DNA of 60,091 nt, filler included, from Catajapyx aquilonaris (GCA_000934665.2; 2 parts of 2 records of this genome joined end to end with filler, not necessarily neighbours in it), one strand, 5' to 3'; counted from the first letter of the whole stretch, positions 1 through 12,989 are shown. Program-made: numbers and translations. Notes: generated by a model not told the origin, from the letters alone.

Positions 1-39
1 CCCCGCTCGTGTCGTGCTTCCAATCCCAAGGGTCTTAAA

Positions 40-111
40 AAATGGTGCCGGGGATCGAACCCGGGACCTTTCACATGCAAAGCGAACGCTCTACCACTGA
101 GATACACCCCC
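40..111 (-). tRNA. tRNA-Ala(TGC)-like gene, probably a pseudogene or tRNA-derived element
   Basis: Reverse complement is GGGGGTGTATCTCAGTGGTAGAGCGTTCGCTTTGCATGTGAAAGGTCCCGGGTTCGATCCCCGGCACCATTTTTT. It has A and B boxes, anticodon stem TTCGC/GTGAA around TGC, and an intact T arm. The acceptor 3' strand is CACCATT instead of CACCTCC, the D stem has a mismatch, and the sequence runs into a T6 Pol III terminator. Confidence 0.8.
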
Positions 112-1113
112 ACTTCGTAGGATGTTATTGCTTCATTACGAGGAGACCTATATGAACATGTTCATAACACATAATATTGAACATAATTTCATGTATGGTG
201 ACACCATGTCCAAATCTCCAAAAGAAGGGCATTGTGCCAGGTCTTCGGGTGCCAGGTCTTCAGGGAGGCAAGTACAGTATATTAGTATTAAGGAAATTTA
301 GAATAAAAAAGGCTTCAATTTTATAGCATGTCATTGCATCGAAACATTAAAATCCGTTACTCCAGTATTCGTTCGAGTTAAACATTGGCCTGTATTACAG
401 TACTAGCTAATTACCCGCATATGCAGTAGATATTTGTCATGTGTTGCATTGGTCTAGTGGCTAATATGGAGCTAATAATGACAAAAAAAATTGAATCTAG
501 ATAATGTGCGTCATACCTGATTTTCAGACAACCCAATTCACAACTGCATCAGGTACTATCAATCTCGTTGGACCATTCGCAATGCTTAATTGTAACCAGG
601 AACCTCCCATTAAATGTGCATAATAAATGTTTCAAACAGTCGGCATTATTCAGTTACTATGTTTTCTTTTAACTGATCCACGTTCATATTTTTAGATAAT
701 TTTTTTGACAATTTTTAATCCTTCATTTTGTACTCGTCAAGACTACAGGATTGTAGGTGAGCGCTTCCTGCACATATACTCGAGCAGAGTTAGTTATCTT
801 TTCTTCATATTAATTTCTTCATATCAATTTATTATTGGCTCTCGCAGCTATCCGCAAGTATTTTTTCAATAGAGCAGGATTTTATTTATGACAAGTTTTA
901 AGCGCCCTTAAAACAATGTGTATGCATGGTATACATAGCAAATTGTGTACTGCATTGGGCAACAGTAATAATAATTAATAATAATTCATACCCCGTTTAA
1001 TATCAGCCGGCGGCTCTTTAGGGGGGAAAGTTTTGTTTTGACTGGAACTCTTTGCTTTCATTTTATTTGCTTTTTGGGATAGGATAGGGACGGAAGGAAG
1101 CGGCTGTGGCCTG

Positions 1114-1200
1114 TTTTTTATACCACGTGAATTTTTATACCACGGATATTTTTATGCCACGTGAATTTTTATAACAGGGAAATTTTTATACCACAATTTT
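1114..1200. repeat. Degenerate tandem repeat, ~16-18 bp unit with core TTTTATACCAC, about 5 copies
   Basis: Consecutive variants ttttataccacg, tttttataccacg, ttttatgccacg, tttttataacag and tttttataccac. Confidence 0.7.
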
Positions 1201-1437
1201 TTTAAATAACACATGAAAAGAAATCATAACAGGGTTTTTTTTTGTTTTTGGCACACGAATATTTTTTAAGAATATACTGAAACACAAATTATCACATTCT
1301 TTTACTTATTAACACACTAACTAATAAGGCTAAAAAATGTAACCTAAATCAAACATTTTATGGTGATTGTTGAATTTTGTGGCGCCCTTTCTTTACAATA
1401 AGTAGGTTGCATGCTGGCTAGAGTATCAGTATCGAAA

Positions 1438-1708
1438 TAGCGCAGTGGTCTAGTGGTTAAGACTCTCTCTTCGTAACCTGAAGGTTGAAGGATCGGATCC
1501 TGAAAGAAAGACGTCGTTTCTTTTTGTCGCTATGGACCTTTCCCTCTGTTACTTCATCTCTCATTTCGCATTTATTTCTCTTTGAAGTGCATCTGGTAAA
1601 TAGGCTAGACCCTTCCAACACTCACAATTTCGTTGCAACAGAGCGTGGTTCTGAGGTAGCGCATCAGACTCTCAATCGGGAGATGCGGGTTCAAATCCCG
1701 TGTCTCCT
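1438..1708 (+). repeat. Two degenerate tRNA-derived modules (~1438-1505 and ~1640-1708)
   Basis: The first has A box TGGTCTAGTGG and a B-box-like GGATCGGATCC. The second has an A-box-like TGGTTCTGAGG and B box GGTTCAAATCC in a CGGG/CCCG T-arm. Neither folds into a full cloverleaf. Confidence 0.5.
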
Positions 1709-1819
1709 TGGTTGAGAGCCAGAAAAATAAAATTTGCAGCCGACATCTCTGGCCAAGATGGCGGCTGTTTCTTCGCAGTTTCTCCAAAACTTCTTCAGAG
1801 GTGTCAGAGGAGCAGCGAA

Positions 1820-3120
1820 GAGGGGGGGGGGGGAGGGGTGGAGAGGAGGATGGAAGAGGAGGGAGGGGAGAAATTTTCTTTGGAAATTTTTAAGACACCT
1901 GCTTAATGGGAGGGGGCGGTCACTTTTTTCGAAGAAAAAAGTCTAAAGATTAAAAGTGGCTCCGCTTGTGTTGTCCATCCCGGCAGCCCCCACCCTACGC
2001 ACCCCATAGTGACTACATTTGTCTTATACCAGGGAGTTCCATTCTCAAACCTATCACCCCTCCAAATATTTAAGTCTACAAATTAAACTATAGATCCAAT
2101 AAATTCACCAGCACATGCAAATTAATCGGCACACATTTTAGGGCATTTCCAATGGTTTGTTGCAGCCTGACCTTTGACCTGAAAGGCCCTAATATTAGGT
2201 TTTTGGTCTGTGGCCAGGCCCTACCTCGGTCTCCATCTGTCGGAGCTTTCGTAATGAGCACAGTACTTAGATATACAGTATATCTCTCGATGTGAGGTAG
2301 TATGACCCTATATAGCCTGCTAGCCGAATGTAGCAGTCCGCCTGTTCTTGTGGGTAGCGGGGCGGGGGTGGAAAGGGGGGAATATCGAATATATGTAAGG
2401 TCAAAGAGACAGGAAGGCGACCAAGCCTACACCAAAATTTGCCTATCTAAAACCGCGTCGACGATATGCGCATCTCCACGCACAGCAGAAGCGGGTTGGA
2501 ATTTATTATTTTAATAATCCACAGAGCAATGCCACGAAACAGTGATGCCACATGTCCGTCCGGATGACCCCAAGGAGGTGACCACTCGCCTACGTCACAT
2601 TCATAGATAATGATACCTGCCACTACGTTTGGCTAGGGGCATACTACCTCACATCGAGAGATATACTGTATATCTAAGTACTGTGCTCTGTACAGTCTCA
2701 TTACGAAAGCTCCGACAGATGGAGACGGAGGTAGGGCCTGGCCACAGACCAAAAACCTAATATTAGGGCCTTTCAGGTCAAAGGTCAGGCTGCAACAAAC
2801 CATTGGAAATGCCCTAAAAATTGTGACGAATCATTTGCATGTGCTGGTGATTTTATTGGACCTATAGTTAAATTTCTGGGAGCAAATTTTTGGGGGGTGA
2901 TAGGTTTGAGAATGGAACTCCCAGGTATAAGGTAAATGCACCCACTTGGGCAGTGGTAGGGTAGGGTAGGGTGGGGGCTGGGGACGGCCCACACAAACCT
3001 GAATTCTTCAATTCTTTGAATGATTAAATTTAAGACTTACCGCCCCCTCCCATTAAGCAGGTGTCTTAAAAATTTCCAAAAATTTTTCTCCCCTCCCCCC
3101 CCCCTCTTCCTCCCCCCCCG
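1820..3120. mobile_element. Foldback-like element or long inverted repeat (arms ~1820-2310 and ~2634-3120, ~325-bp spacer)
   Basis: GGAAATTTTTAAGACACCTGCTTAATGGGAGGGGGCGGT (~1882-1920) recurs inverted at ~3039-3077. The inner arms (~2140-2310 and ~2634-2820) are near identical apart from an 11-bp indel. No coding capacity. Confidence 0.85.
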
Positions 3121-3169
3121 CAGCGCACGCGAGCAAACGGAACGCCTGTCTGACAGACCCATTACAGTG

Positions 3170-3735
3170 CATAGGGAATTGGAAGCAACTGAACGGTAAA
3201 GAGGATAATGCACAAAGTGGGCTTTATGATTGTAAGCCCTCACCTGGATCTCGAGAATAACATGAGAGATGCTGCAGAATTAACAGTCAAAAACCTTTGA
3301 GGACTATATTCTGACCAGGCGCAAACAAATACATAAAACGTACTACAAGCTTATGCTGTATTATAAAGTCGTGTCGTGTGATTGAACTGAAACCTGCCTC
3401 TACTGTACAATATCATGATGCACCTATCAGTATAGGAATGAGTAATCAGTAATGTTGATACCGGAATATTTGACACACAGTAGTACTACAAATACACACG
3501 TCGCCTTCGAGGAAGGCTACACGTTATATGATATATACGATATGTCTATATCCTCGTATGCCTATATCATAGACTGATTAGAGGAATCTCCTGAGTCGAC
3601 TGGATTTAATCGCAGTTATCACACAACCACGCAAAGACTAGTTAAATACACAAATGCAGTGGCATGACATCATCACTTTGTCTCTTTGACCATAGTTGTC
3701 ATGACGTCTCTGGATTACCTTCCCAACCGTATACT
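3170..3735. repeat. Non-coding block shared with ~17540-18090 and ~26210-26830
   Basis: The motifs CCTGGATCTCGAG, GATGCTGCAGAATT, ATCATGATGCACCTATCAG, ACACGTCGCCTTCGAGG and TTCCCAACCGTAT occur in the same order in all three places. Each copy lies downstream of a BTB-ZF gene 3' end. Confidence 0.85.
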
Positions 3736-5239
3736 CTTTCCCAATCCATTCTTTCAGTTTTTGTACAGCACTACATCTCTCATATACATTGAAGAGAATA
3801 ATTTGTGACGCTGATCGTTCGATAAATCAGGTCTTCACATTTAATTCGTTGTGTTGAAATTATATTAAGTGATGTGTCTTGCAGAATGATCTCTCACCTG
3901 GTCCATCTTGGACAGAGATGCTTTAGGAGTTTAGGTAATGATGGCACTGAAGGAGTTGGCAAGTCGTATCAGCTTGATCTTTGACAAAATGGAGACCAAG
4001 AGAGTAAGTTTTCCAGTATATTGGCGTAAGATAATTGAACAATGGTGAATATAATAATTACCTAATGTGGAAAAGATTAGGATCACAGAGGAAACAGTGT
4101 CCACCTTTAAGTGGGACCATAATATTCAATAGAGGATGCTGAAGCTGACATATACTGTACAAGGAAGGTGTCGCCGATTTTTGTGCAGCACCATCAACAG
4201 GAAGAAGATTTCTCAAAGGCTATGGAAGAAATCTACAGGACATTTAACTTTCGATACCCTTATTTTATTATTCAATCAAGCAATATCATTTATTTTACCA
4301 CTCCCTTTACAAGTTAATATATACTACAGGAAGAGTGAAGAGGGGTACTTTCCTTCACATTTTTGAGTGAGCACGGTGAGTACATAACGTGTTTATGTAA
4401 TGGCACAAGACAGTTTAAGTTATAAACTGTGAAAAAGAAAAATGCTGCTTAAAAAGTAAATTTTCATCTTAGGAAATTGAAACCACTCCAACAAAACGAA
4501 CGTTAGAGTAGTAGATCTATTAATATTATTTATCGCTTTATGACTTTATACCCTAAAACTGAAAAATGTTACTCAACTGCTCAGCGTTCTTCTAAAATAA
4601 TGATGTAGGGCCTACCTTATTTATAGGGCTACACACCAATAATGATTTCAGGAGAAAAAAAATGGATTAATTTTATACCACCATGAACGCATAAAGAACG
4701 TGGCCCAGTAAAACATTAGGAAAATGGGGGTATTTCTACTCACTGCATACCCAACCTAAAAGAAATCCTAACTGCAATTGCTAAAAGTTGACAAAAATAC
4801 ATGCTAACTAATACTGATATGTACCATAAAGGTAACACATTTCGCAGTGAAGTACATAATAATGGGGATGTAAAATCAAACTGTCTAATACGATAATAGT
4901 GAATAGTATATTCCTACAAATACCTACTGTAGTAAAGAAAAGCAGAAGAACAGTGATAATTATAAAATGTAAGCGTTTATTGTAATGAATATGGCATGCA
5001 ACGTCTGTAATGGCTTTTAAAATGTTTCGGATGATTACTATCTTATTAATGGAATCAAAACCAGACACATCCGAGACAAAGTGATCGTGTAACTTTGCAG
5101 GCTGCATCTTAAATCCTTATACTTTCACTATATTGTTAACCTATCATTCCCAAGCACAACGTAATTATTCTATATTCAATAAATTTAACCTATATGTTTA
5201 TGCCTATTGGAGGGGATTGAATTTTGCAGTATAGTGACA

Positions 5240-6985
5240 TTAGTTTTGCATGAAAGCGCCAAGGATTGCGCATGTATGCTTTTGATGGTACGTTAACTGA
5301 TATTTCAAGGAAAATTCTTTGAAACAGGCTTCGCATTGAAACTGTTTGACAGGGTTGTGTACAGCATGGTGCAAGATGCACTTGTTCCTTGAAGAGAACA
5401 CCTTCCCACAAATGTCGCAAGCGTGATCACCTTTGCCCTGATGAACGTGATGAAAATGAATCAAGTATTCCCTTTTGTTTGGCAAAATGGTATTGCAAAT
5501 CAAACATTTTCCTATTGGTATAGGTTTGTAGTCTGCCAGCTCCTCAATTTTTCTATTTGGAGCACCGACATTTCTGCAGGACGCGCCAGCAGTGCTGCCT
5601 TGAAGACTGGTGGACGTCGATGGGGAAGGCTCCGGTAGCTTCTTCTCTTGACAAGTATGAAATTGCAGGTGCTCCAGGTGATGAAAGGATTTCTTGCATT
5701 TGTTACATCCAAAAGGAAACGCCTCCTTTTCATCTAGTTTATGTCCTTGCTGAAGATGGGTCTGCAAGTTGCAAAGGATATTCATCACTATAAAAACTTG
5801 ACATCATTAAAACATAATCAGGGAATCGGGGATTTTAGATCATTACAGAAATAAATGGTGATCTGCGGATTTAGAGTGATGAATAGTTTCATATCCTACA
5901 TTATATTTTACGGCCTTATTTTTTTACTGCATTGTATAGCAATATTTTACCAGATATAGGCCGGTGATCGACACAAAACAATGGGAGTCAAGTAGGAGTG
6001 ACATTACCTTGAGACCTTGTTCGAAAAGAAATGTCATGGGACACCAGCTGCAACGGTGTATTAAAGTCTTCCCTTGTGTCTTTTTCTTTCGCTCTTGAGC
6101 AGTGATCCTAAGCTGAGCGAGTTTTGTTGGACGACATTTGCGGATATGCGCCCCCAATTCTTGTGACTTTCGGAAGATGGACGAACAAAATCGGCAGCTG
6201 TAGGGAACCAACTCCACAAATGTCCTGCCATGTTTTGATTGCAAGTGCTTGTGTATGTTTCCTTGAGTCGACTCGACGGCGCAAAGTGGGCACGTGGCAG
6301 GTCTGTTGTCCGGGTGAACCTGAAGCATGTGGCCTTGTCTCAATCCAAGACTTGGGAAAGTTTCGGTGCAGAGAAAGCAACGGTAGTTTCGTTTCGTCTC
6401 CTTAGCACTGGTTTCATATGTGTTTTTCTTCTCAGAATTTTGCAGGGTTGTGTCATCTGAGTCGTCTTTATCCATCTGATCCAGTGAGGTGGATGTAGCA
6501 GCTTGCATAACTAAGTCACACGCAATACTTTCAGATTGCCCAGTAGGCTTACCATCTTCATTGTTGGTAGAGCTGCCTTCGTACACAATTTCGCACATGT
6601 CTGTTAGGACTACTCGTCCGGAAGAATTACCTCCGACATTCACCTGATGGCCAGCAGACACTTCCTCTATGGCACACTTGGTTACGCCCAAAAGACGCAG
6701 CAATGACTTTGCTTGCAACTGATTTAGTGCGACGGCTTCAATACCACACAGGAGTTGTAGGACCGCATCCACAGTGGAAGTTTCAAAGTCGGGCAAGAGT
6801 ATGGTGTCTTTAAGAGGGTCCTTAAGTATCTCATAGAGGAGGCTCGACCAATGTGTCAAAATTACGCGATGGGCAACGATGCTTCCATCAGAGCACACAA
6901 TCTTCACATCTTTAACGCAACTGTCGCTAATCAAATAAGCTAATATTTCATCTTTCAGACTTGCGCTGCGTGAGAGAAACACCAT
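5240..6985 (-). CDS. BTB/POZ + C2H2 zinc-finger protein, paralog 1 (~499 aa). Exons 6985-6008 and 5761-5240
   Basis: BTB motif DVKIVCSDGSIVAHRVILTHWSSLLYEIL...ILLPDF, followed by about 8 CxxC..H..H/C fingers. A GT-AG phase-0 intron joins ...EQGLK|THLQQGH and completes a finger. A 5'UTR acceptor lies at 7000-7002 with a candidate donor near 7268. Confidence 0.9.
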
Positions 6986-8420
6986 TTTCTTCTATGCACC
7001 TGTGAAAGAAACACGGACCCTGCATTACAGGACTTCATGCAGTCATATGAAAGATGAAGCTCAATAAATGACGTCCTGCTTACCATACACAGACTTCATT
7101 TGAGTTACTTCGGCAGACCTTTCGTTAGACGCTAAAGCCACTACCTTGACCATAAACTTAACTTATATCACTATATTTAATCTTAGAATCTGTAACTTTC
7201 TCCTACATGCAATATAATATGTGGCTATTGAAAACAAGTAAATGACAAGTTAAGTTATATTTAATTACCTTGGCATCCACAAGCACACAAATGAGCTGCA
7301 AGTGCTTGGAGCACTCGAATCTTACTGCATATTTTACACTTCACCTGATTGCGTTACACATCATACAGTGTCCTGGGTTACTATCATGGGAGGATAAAGA
7401 GTGCAAGGAGTGTTATGGTGACCGGAGATATCTTCCTTATATAGACTGATACAGGCTCACATGTGACCAAAGTCGCATAAGCAAAGTCAGGGGATTTTAT
7501 ACGAGCAGTGTTAATCAAAATATTCAGCTTACAAATATGAGATTCACTTTAGGGTCAAATGTGTGCAAAGTAAATGAACTTTACATTCTGATTTATAATA
7601 ATTTCACTGGGAAACGATGCACTAACTGATCGTATAGTTGTTCTCATTTTTGCATCCACCTACGATAATGTTCATATAATTATACCTACATCTCACAATG
7701 ATGACAAAATATGAAATAAATTACTCATCAGATTACCCCACCACCGAAGAAAACCAGTAATACTTGAGTTCACCAATAACTTAATAACCTTTATTCTCTC
7801 TTCTGTAAGGTCCTAAAGCATATTAAGCGGTTTCCTTGTTAACACGAACTTATCCTCGTCCAGTTGATAAGAGGGTGAAAATGACACGCACTCCATGACA
7901 CTCTAAAGTTGGGACCTTACAAAGGCGGGGCATTTCATTGCCATTTTTGCAATATGGGGGACATAATGTTCATGTGGTATTCCATCGATCTAAGTAGGCC
8001 TACATAGTTACAAAACTTTGAGTCTGGCTCTAGTTAGGGATGCCTTATTAACATTATACACAAGTTAAAAGAACTAACGTTTAAGTTACAGCATTACAGA
8101 TCTTTGTTCTCACAATTACGATTTCTGTTTCTTCATAATATATTGTAGCAGATGGCTTTTATTTTCACTCCAAGAAAGTTTAATCACTTGTCGTGTCATT
8201 TACATTCTTTTCTAATCGAGGCAGAACAAACTTTCAGTCCTTTTGGGTTTATCACACCTGAAATAACATGTGCAAGTTTTTTTCTTCAATTTGATCAATG
8301 CATTTGTGAAAACATAACCTTTCTTGAAATCCTAGGCTCTTCAAGGGTTTTTTGAATCGGGTGTTAATGTCTTACAGATGACTGGAATAACTGGTTTCAC
8401 AGCGCAGGATTCGCGCCTCG

Positions 8421-8620
8421 TTACGATGGTAAAAATACTGCAGAAAATGTTTGCCTTAAATATCTTTCATCACAATGAAAACTATGATAGGCATGACTCA
8501 ATTTAGGGCATGGCTGATGCAAAGCCAGATCTCCTGGAAACCGGAGGTTGCACGAATGCACGTACCGGTACACTGGAAATTCTAGATTGCATCTACCCCT
8601 TGCTCTATCCGCACATATTC
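8421..8620 (-). pseudogene. Degenerate copy of the BTB-ZF terminal zinc-finger exon
   Basis: It has the same TTTGCAG|GAA acceptor as the 9452 and 19782 exons. In phase 0 it stops after EYVRIEQGVDAI. The shifted frame reads LEFP...LRFPGDLALHQPCPK, similar to VEFPYKC...FRLPEEIHSHHPCPK. Confidence 0.6.
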
Positions 8621-9326
8621 CTGCAAATAAAAAGTCACATGATAACTTGCAACAATTAAACATTTGTAACAGTTGTTCATGACGTTATTCAATTATACCT
8701 CCACCTGTTGTCCACCATCAAGTACGATATGACAATAATTTTCAATACACCAAAAACCATCCGTTGTGATAGTGTTTTGAAAAATAATCAATGTAGGGTG
8801 TCTTTCCCAATATGACATTTTGCATAGCCCACTCTGGAAATTTTCAGCTGTCAGCACTGTTACTGGAAAATGCTTTTGCGAGAAGAGGCAAACTGTCTTC
8901 TGCCCATATATCGTACACCTATAAGTAAAACGCTAATCAGCAGCTGTTTTATATTCACAACAATAATATTATATCGAAAGCCATGTTTTCAAATACACGA
9001 ATAAGCAGATACGGTTACGGTAATGTGAAGGACTTGGATTATGATTAATTGGGATTAATATTGGGATTAATGTTAAGATTTGGATTGAGGATATAAGTTT
9101 GATGCCGGACCCTATATGGTGGGGGTTAGGGACATTCTAAATTTCTAATCAAGGCGAGAGTAAATAACAAATAAAACATTTATTAACAGGGCACAATAGG
9201 TTGGTGACGGATCATCTGCCTCCGTCACAGTAATATGAGCATACAAACCGAGCAGTTTCAGTACATATTATTATGCGATCTATTTTCATATTCTCCTCTC
9301 GGCAGAGTGAGATCTTCTCTCTCCTA

Positions 9327-12300
9327 TTACGTATGGTACTGATGATAATGGAAACCCAGTTCTTCTGGTAACCGGTACACATTTTTGCAAATGTTGCACG
9401 CGTAGGGAAATTCTATACATCCAGCCAGTGCATTGTTTGCATAATTATGTTCCTGCAAATTAAGAAAAAGTTACTTATTAACTTTCAATGTAATAATTAC
9501 AATCAATCAATCAATCAAATTTTATTACTACCCCAGTGAGAACATGACTGTGTTCTGTAGTATGGGGGAGGAATTCCATCAACATCTGAGCGACCCTTTT
9601 AGAACTAAAATGATATCACAATGATTTGGTAGTGCTCATGCGTCTTTTAAAAGTAGATATAAGACACAGCGGTACTATCCAGATATCTTAGGTGATGTGC
9701 CTATACAGTAAACTCTATCACTGCAATAATAAATCTTACCTCGAGAGAGTTCGGGTCAGGAAGGTCTGCTGAATTTACACTGCACGGTGGCATTTCCCTC
9801 GCTGTATCTCTTCTTGCCTCTTTGATGGTCCCCTTTGATTGGACCGGTTCTTTGTTGGCATGCTGCACTTTGAAATGTGCAGCCATCCCTTTCTGCGTGG
9901 TAAATTTCCTGGGACAATGCTGGCAGTCATATTTCAGATCATCCGTGTGATGACTTTTAACATGGTGTAGGAACCCACTGCGTGTCTGGTACTTCCGTTC
10001 GCACACCATGCAGTCGGTGGTGGCACCCTCCTCACGGTGAGAAATTGCATGCTTGTGGTAAGCCAGCTCTGAATCAAAACTTTGGAAGCACTGGGTGCAT
10101 CTGTAGGTGGCATTCACATGCACCTCAGTATTGTGCTTACGACGCTCAGCCTCAGAAACAAACTTCTCATCGCAGAGGAGGCAGGCAAGGCGACGAGCTT
10201 CTTCTACTGTTGTTGAGCCACCTGCCTGAGGTACCATCACAGCCTTGGTCTTAGCAGCACTCTTCTTCGTCAACTGATGAATGAGGCGCTTCTTCTTTGC
10301 ATCCAACTTCACGGATGCTAGGCGGTGCTCACGCCCGACATGATTTGCAAGAACCTACCAAAGAGGAATCCAGATACATTATTTAAAACAGACTTATGTG
10401 CAATGTTCATTTAAAATGTTGATAAAATGCAAAAATAAACGTGACCATGCTGCATGTAAAGAATCAGGTAAACCAGTAGCACCCAACCTGTGATGTGGGA
10501 AAAGCGTCTTTGCAGATCTTGCAGGTGAATGGTACGGGATGCCTCCTAGCAGCTGCCCTTCCGTGCTGCATCAGGATATGTCTGCGTATGCTTGCCTCAG
10601 TGGAGGTCTTCCCACAAATAGGGCATGAAATGACTATATCTCCACGTTTGTGCTCCATGCGATGTCTTGTCAGTGAATGGCGGTCATGGAAAGTGACGGT
10701 GCAGTTGGAGCATCGATATTCTCCAGGACCAGAGTGAGTGCGTTTCACATGAAGTTCAAGCAGCTCTCTGTCATCAAAGCTGTGGTAGCATGAGTGACAC
10801 TGGTATGCAGCTGAAGTTGAAGACGGCGAAGCTCCTCTACCATTTCCAAGGATATCCATGTTACACTCCACCATCTTCACTACGCCTGAAAGAATACGAT
10901 GATATTGCAAATGATATTCAACTAAATCAGGGTGGCATCATGCATGGTATATTCCTTGTCCTTGTCACGTAGTCCTACCTGGTGAACCCTCCACCTCCCG
11001 CCTCCTCTCGTCATCCTCATCCTCATCACATTCATCCATGTCAACATCAGTTAGATCTATTTCATCATTACCACTTGAAAACTGGGGTAAGGGAGACCGT
11101 CTGTTGGGATTCTGAGGACGTGTGGGCGGTGTTTTATAATAGTGAAGAATTGTGGTTTGTATGTGCTTAAGACTAATGGGAGGTCCATTAGCAGGCAGAG
11201 AACTCATGGGAGGTCTGTTAGTGTGCTGAGGACTACTAGGACATGTGTTAGGATCCTGGTGGAAGGTAAGATGCCCATCATGATGTTGAGGACTGGTAGA
11301 AGGAAGGTGAAAACTGGTGGATGGTTCATTGAAATGTTGGGGCAAGGTGTATTGCCCATCGTCACTTTGAGGGCAGGTGGAAGGGCCATTAATGATGGTG
11401 CCCCGGGGATCCCGCGAGTTGGTTACTGCATTGCCAGTTGACTGTTTCCACATGTCGGTGCCTGCACGGCCTTCTTCTCCATGTGGTAATTCTCCGCGGC
11501 TTTTGTTGCTGGCTTGTCCTCCTGCTGGTGAAGGTAGCTCTCCAAGTAGTGCATTCTCTTCGGCAGCATCTGATGCATCTGAGTAAGAGTCGCTTTCCAT
11601 TGCTGGTGTTTCTTCCCATTGGACGGTTGTAGCTTCGGACCAGACTGATGGAGTGTCTGCTCTTGTTCCGTCCTTGGATGCATTGTATGTGACTCTGAAA
11701 TGAGTGTTGTCATCTGTCTCTTGATTTTGTAAATCGACAACTGTCCCTTCAGCCGAGGTATGAAGTTCCCAGGGGACGCCTGAACTAGGCCTACAGGCAT
11801 ATGTTGCCACTTGACTACTTGGCTGGATCACATAATTGTTTGACACATGTTCAGTTGTCACATTTTCCATGGCCAGTATTTGAGCAAGTTCTTCGACACT
11901 TTCTGGTTGGCTAACTGTCACTTCTCCGATGTAGATTAATTGAAGAAGTGAATTCACTAGCGACACTTGAAAATCAGGTAAATAAATTGTGTCCGTTAGA
12001 GGGTTTTCAAGCACCAAGTCGCGAACGATCGGCGAGACAAGAGACAACATCAGACGGTGTGCACTAGTGTGTCCATCCGAACATACTATCCAAATGTCCT
12101 TGCCCGGGTCCTGACAAAATGAGGTGTAAACGTCCTTTCTCTCCGTGTCACGAATTAACGTCACAGATCTCAATGTCAGCTTGTCCTGAAACAAATGCAA
12201 AGATTCATAAAAAATCTACCTCCTGTTGTTATTATTCGGAATGTACAGTATGGTTTCTAATGTAAAATAACTGAACAGTAAGCATTAAATGGCGCTAATA

Positions 12301-12989
12301 GTGTGACATGAGTGTGGGTGAGGCTGCCTGGCATATAACTTCGAAAAAAAATCCTGATTAGTTTGTGGAACTTCTACCTCCAAGTAATGACACTGTTAAC
12401 ACACATAAAATGAATATCAAACTACAGTACTACTCCATGTCACTGTAACAGAGACACTTCATTTGTCAGGGAAAAAGGTACGGCACCATACTACAGTCAA
12501 CTACAGTGCAGTAAGGAAGACTGCACCATATGGACTGCACATTTTATTCGAGCCACAACAGACCTTTCTCACGTGACACAAGTTCGAAGCCCATATTTAG
12601 TGAGCACAGAGCATATACTTTCAGACCCTCTGACTTGGCTCATTCATTCATTCAATCCCCGTGCAAAGAACGGATTCCGCTGCTAGTCAGAAATATGATA
12701 TCAATCACTTTGCAGATGAGAACTTATCATTATTGTAATGTCAGTGTTGCAGTCTTGGCAGTAACTTAGTCTATAGTATAAGAACTGCTACTTGTAGTAA
12801 AAGTTCTGCATAATACTCAGTCACTTTGTACACTGGTGATACAGTATAAATAATAATTCCCACTAAAACTGACCCAGGTATATTGTAATAGCATGGTCTT
12901 ACGGGTAATATTAAAATTGAAATTCATTAGCCTGTATTCTCTGTACTTACGCAAAACGCTCGTTGCCTTGAATCCAAAATGTTGATCAT
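9327..12989 (-). CDS. BTB/POZ + C2H2 zinc-finger protein, paralog 2 (~794 aa). Exons 12989-12951, 12185-10979, 10885-10488, 10354-9740, 9452-9327
   Basis: BTB motif DIWIVCSDGHTSAHRLMLSLVSPIVRDL, a Pro/Ser/acidic linker, and about 9 C2H2 fingers. All introns are GT-AG and the exons sum to 2385 nt in frame. The 13-codon start exon MINILDSRQRAFC is conserved in paralog 3 (MINILESRQREFF). Confidence 0.85.

Noticed and set aside
4808..5107. 99-aa hydrophobic ORF
   Set aside because: AT-rich, low-complexity sequence in the 3' region of paralog 1 with no recognisable motif.
7340..8400. Possible decayed coding sequence between paralogs 1 and 2
   Set aside because: Multiple stops in all frames and no recognisable family.
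11423..11800. Alternate-frame ORFs inside the BTB linker exons (also 22513-23082)
   Set aside because: They appear in both copies only because the duplication is recent, and there is no independent sign of coding.
5240..12989. Assigning lola, ttk, br or mod(mdg4) gene symbols
   Set aside because: The BTB domains lack the ttk-type N-terminal LRWN signature, and the multi-finger arrays do not match those genes.
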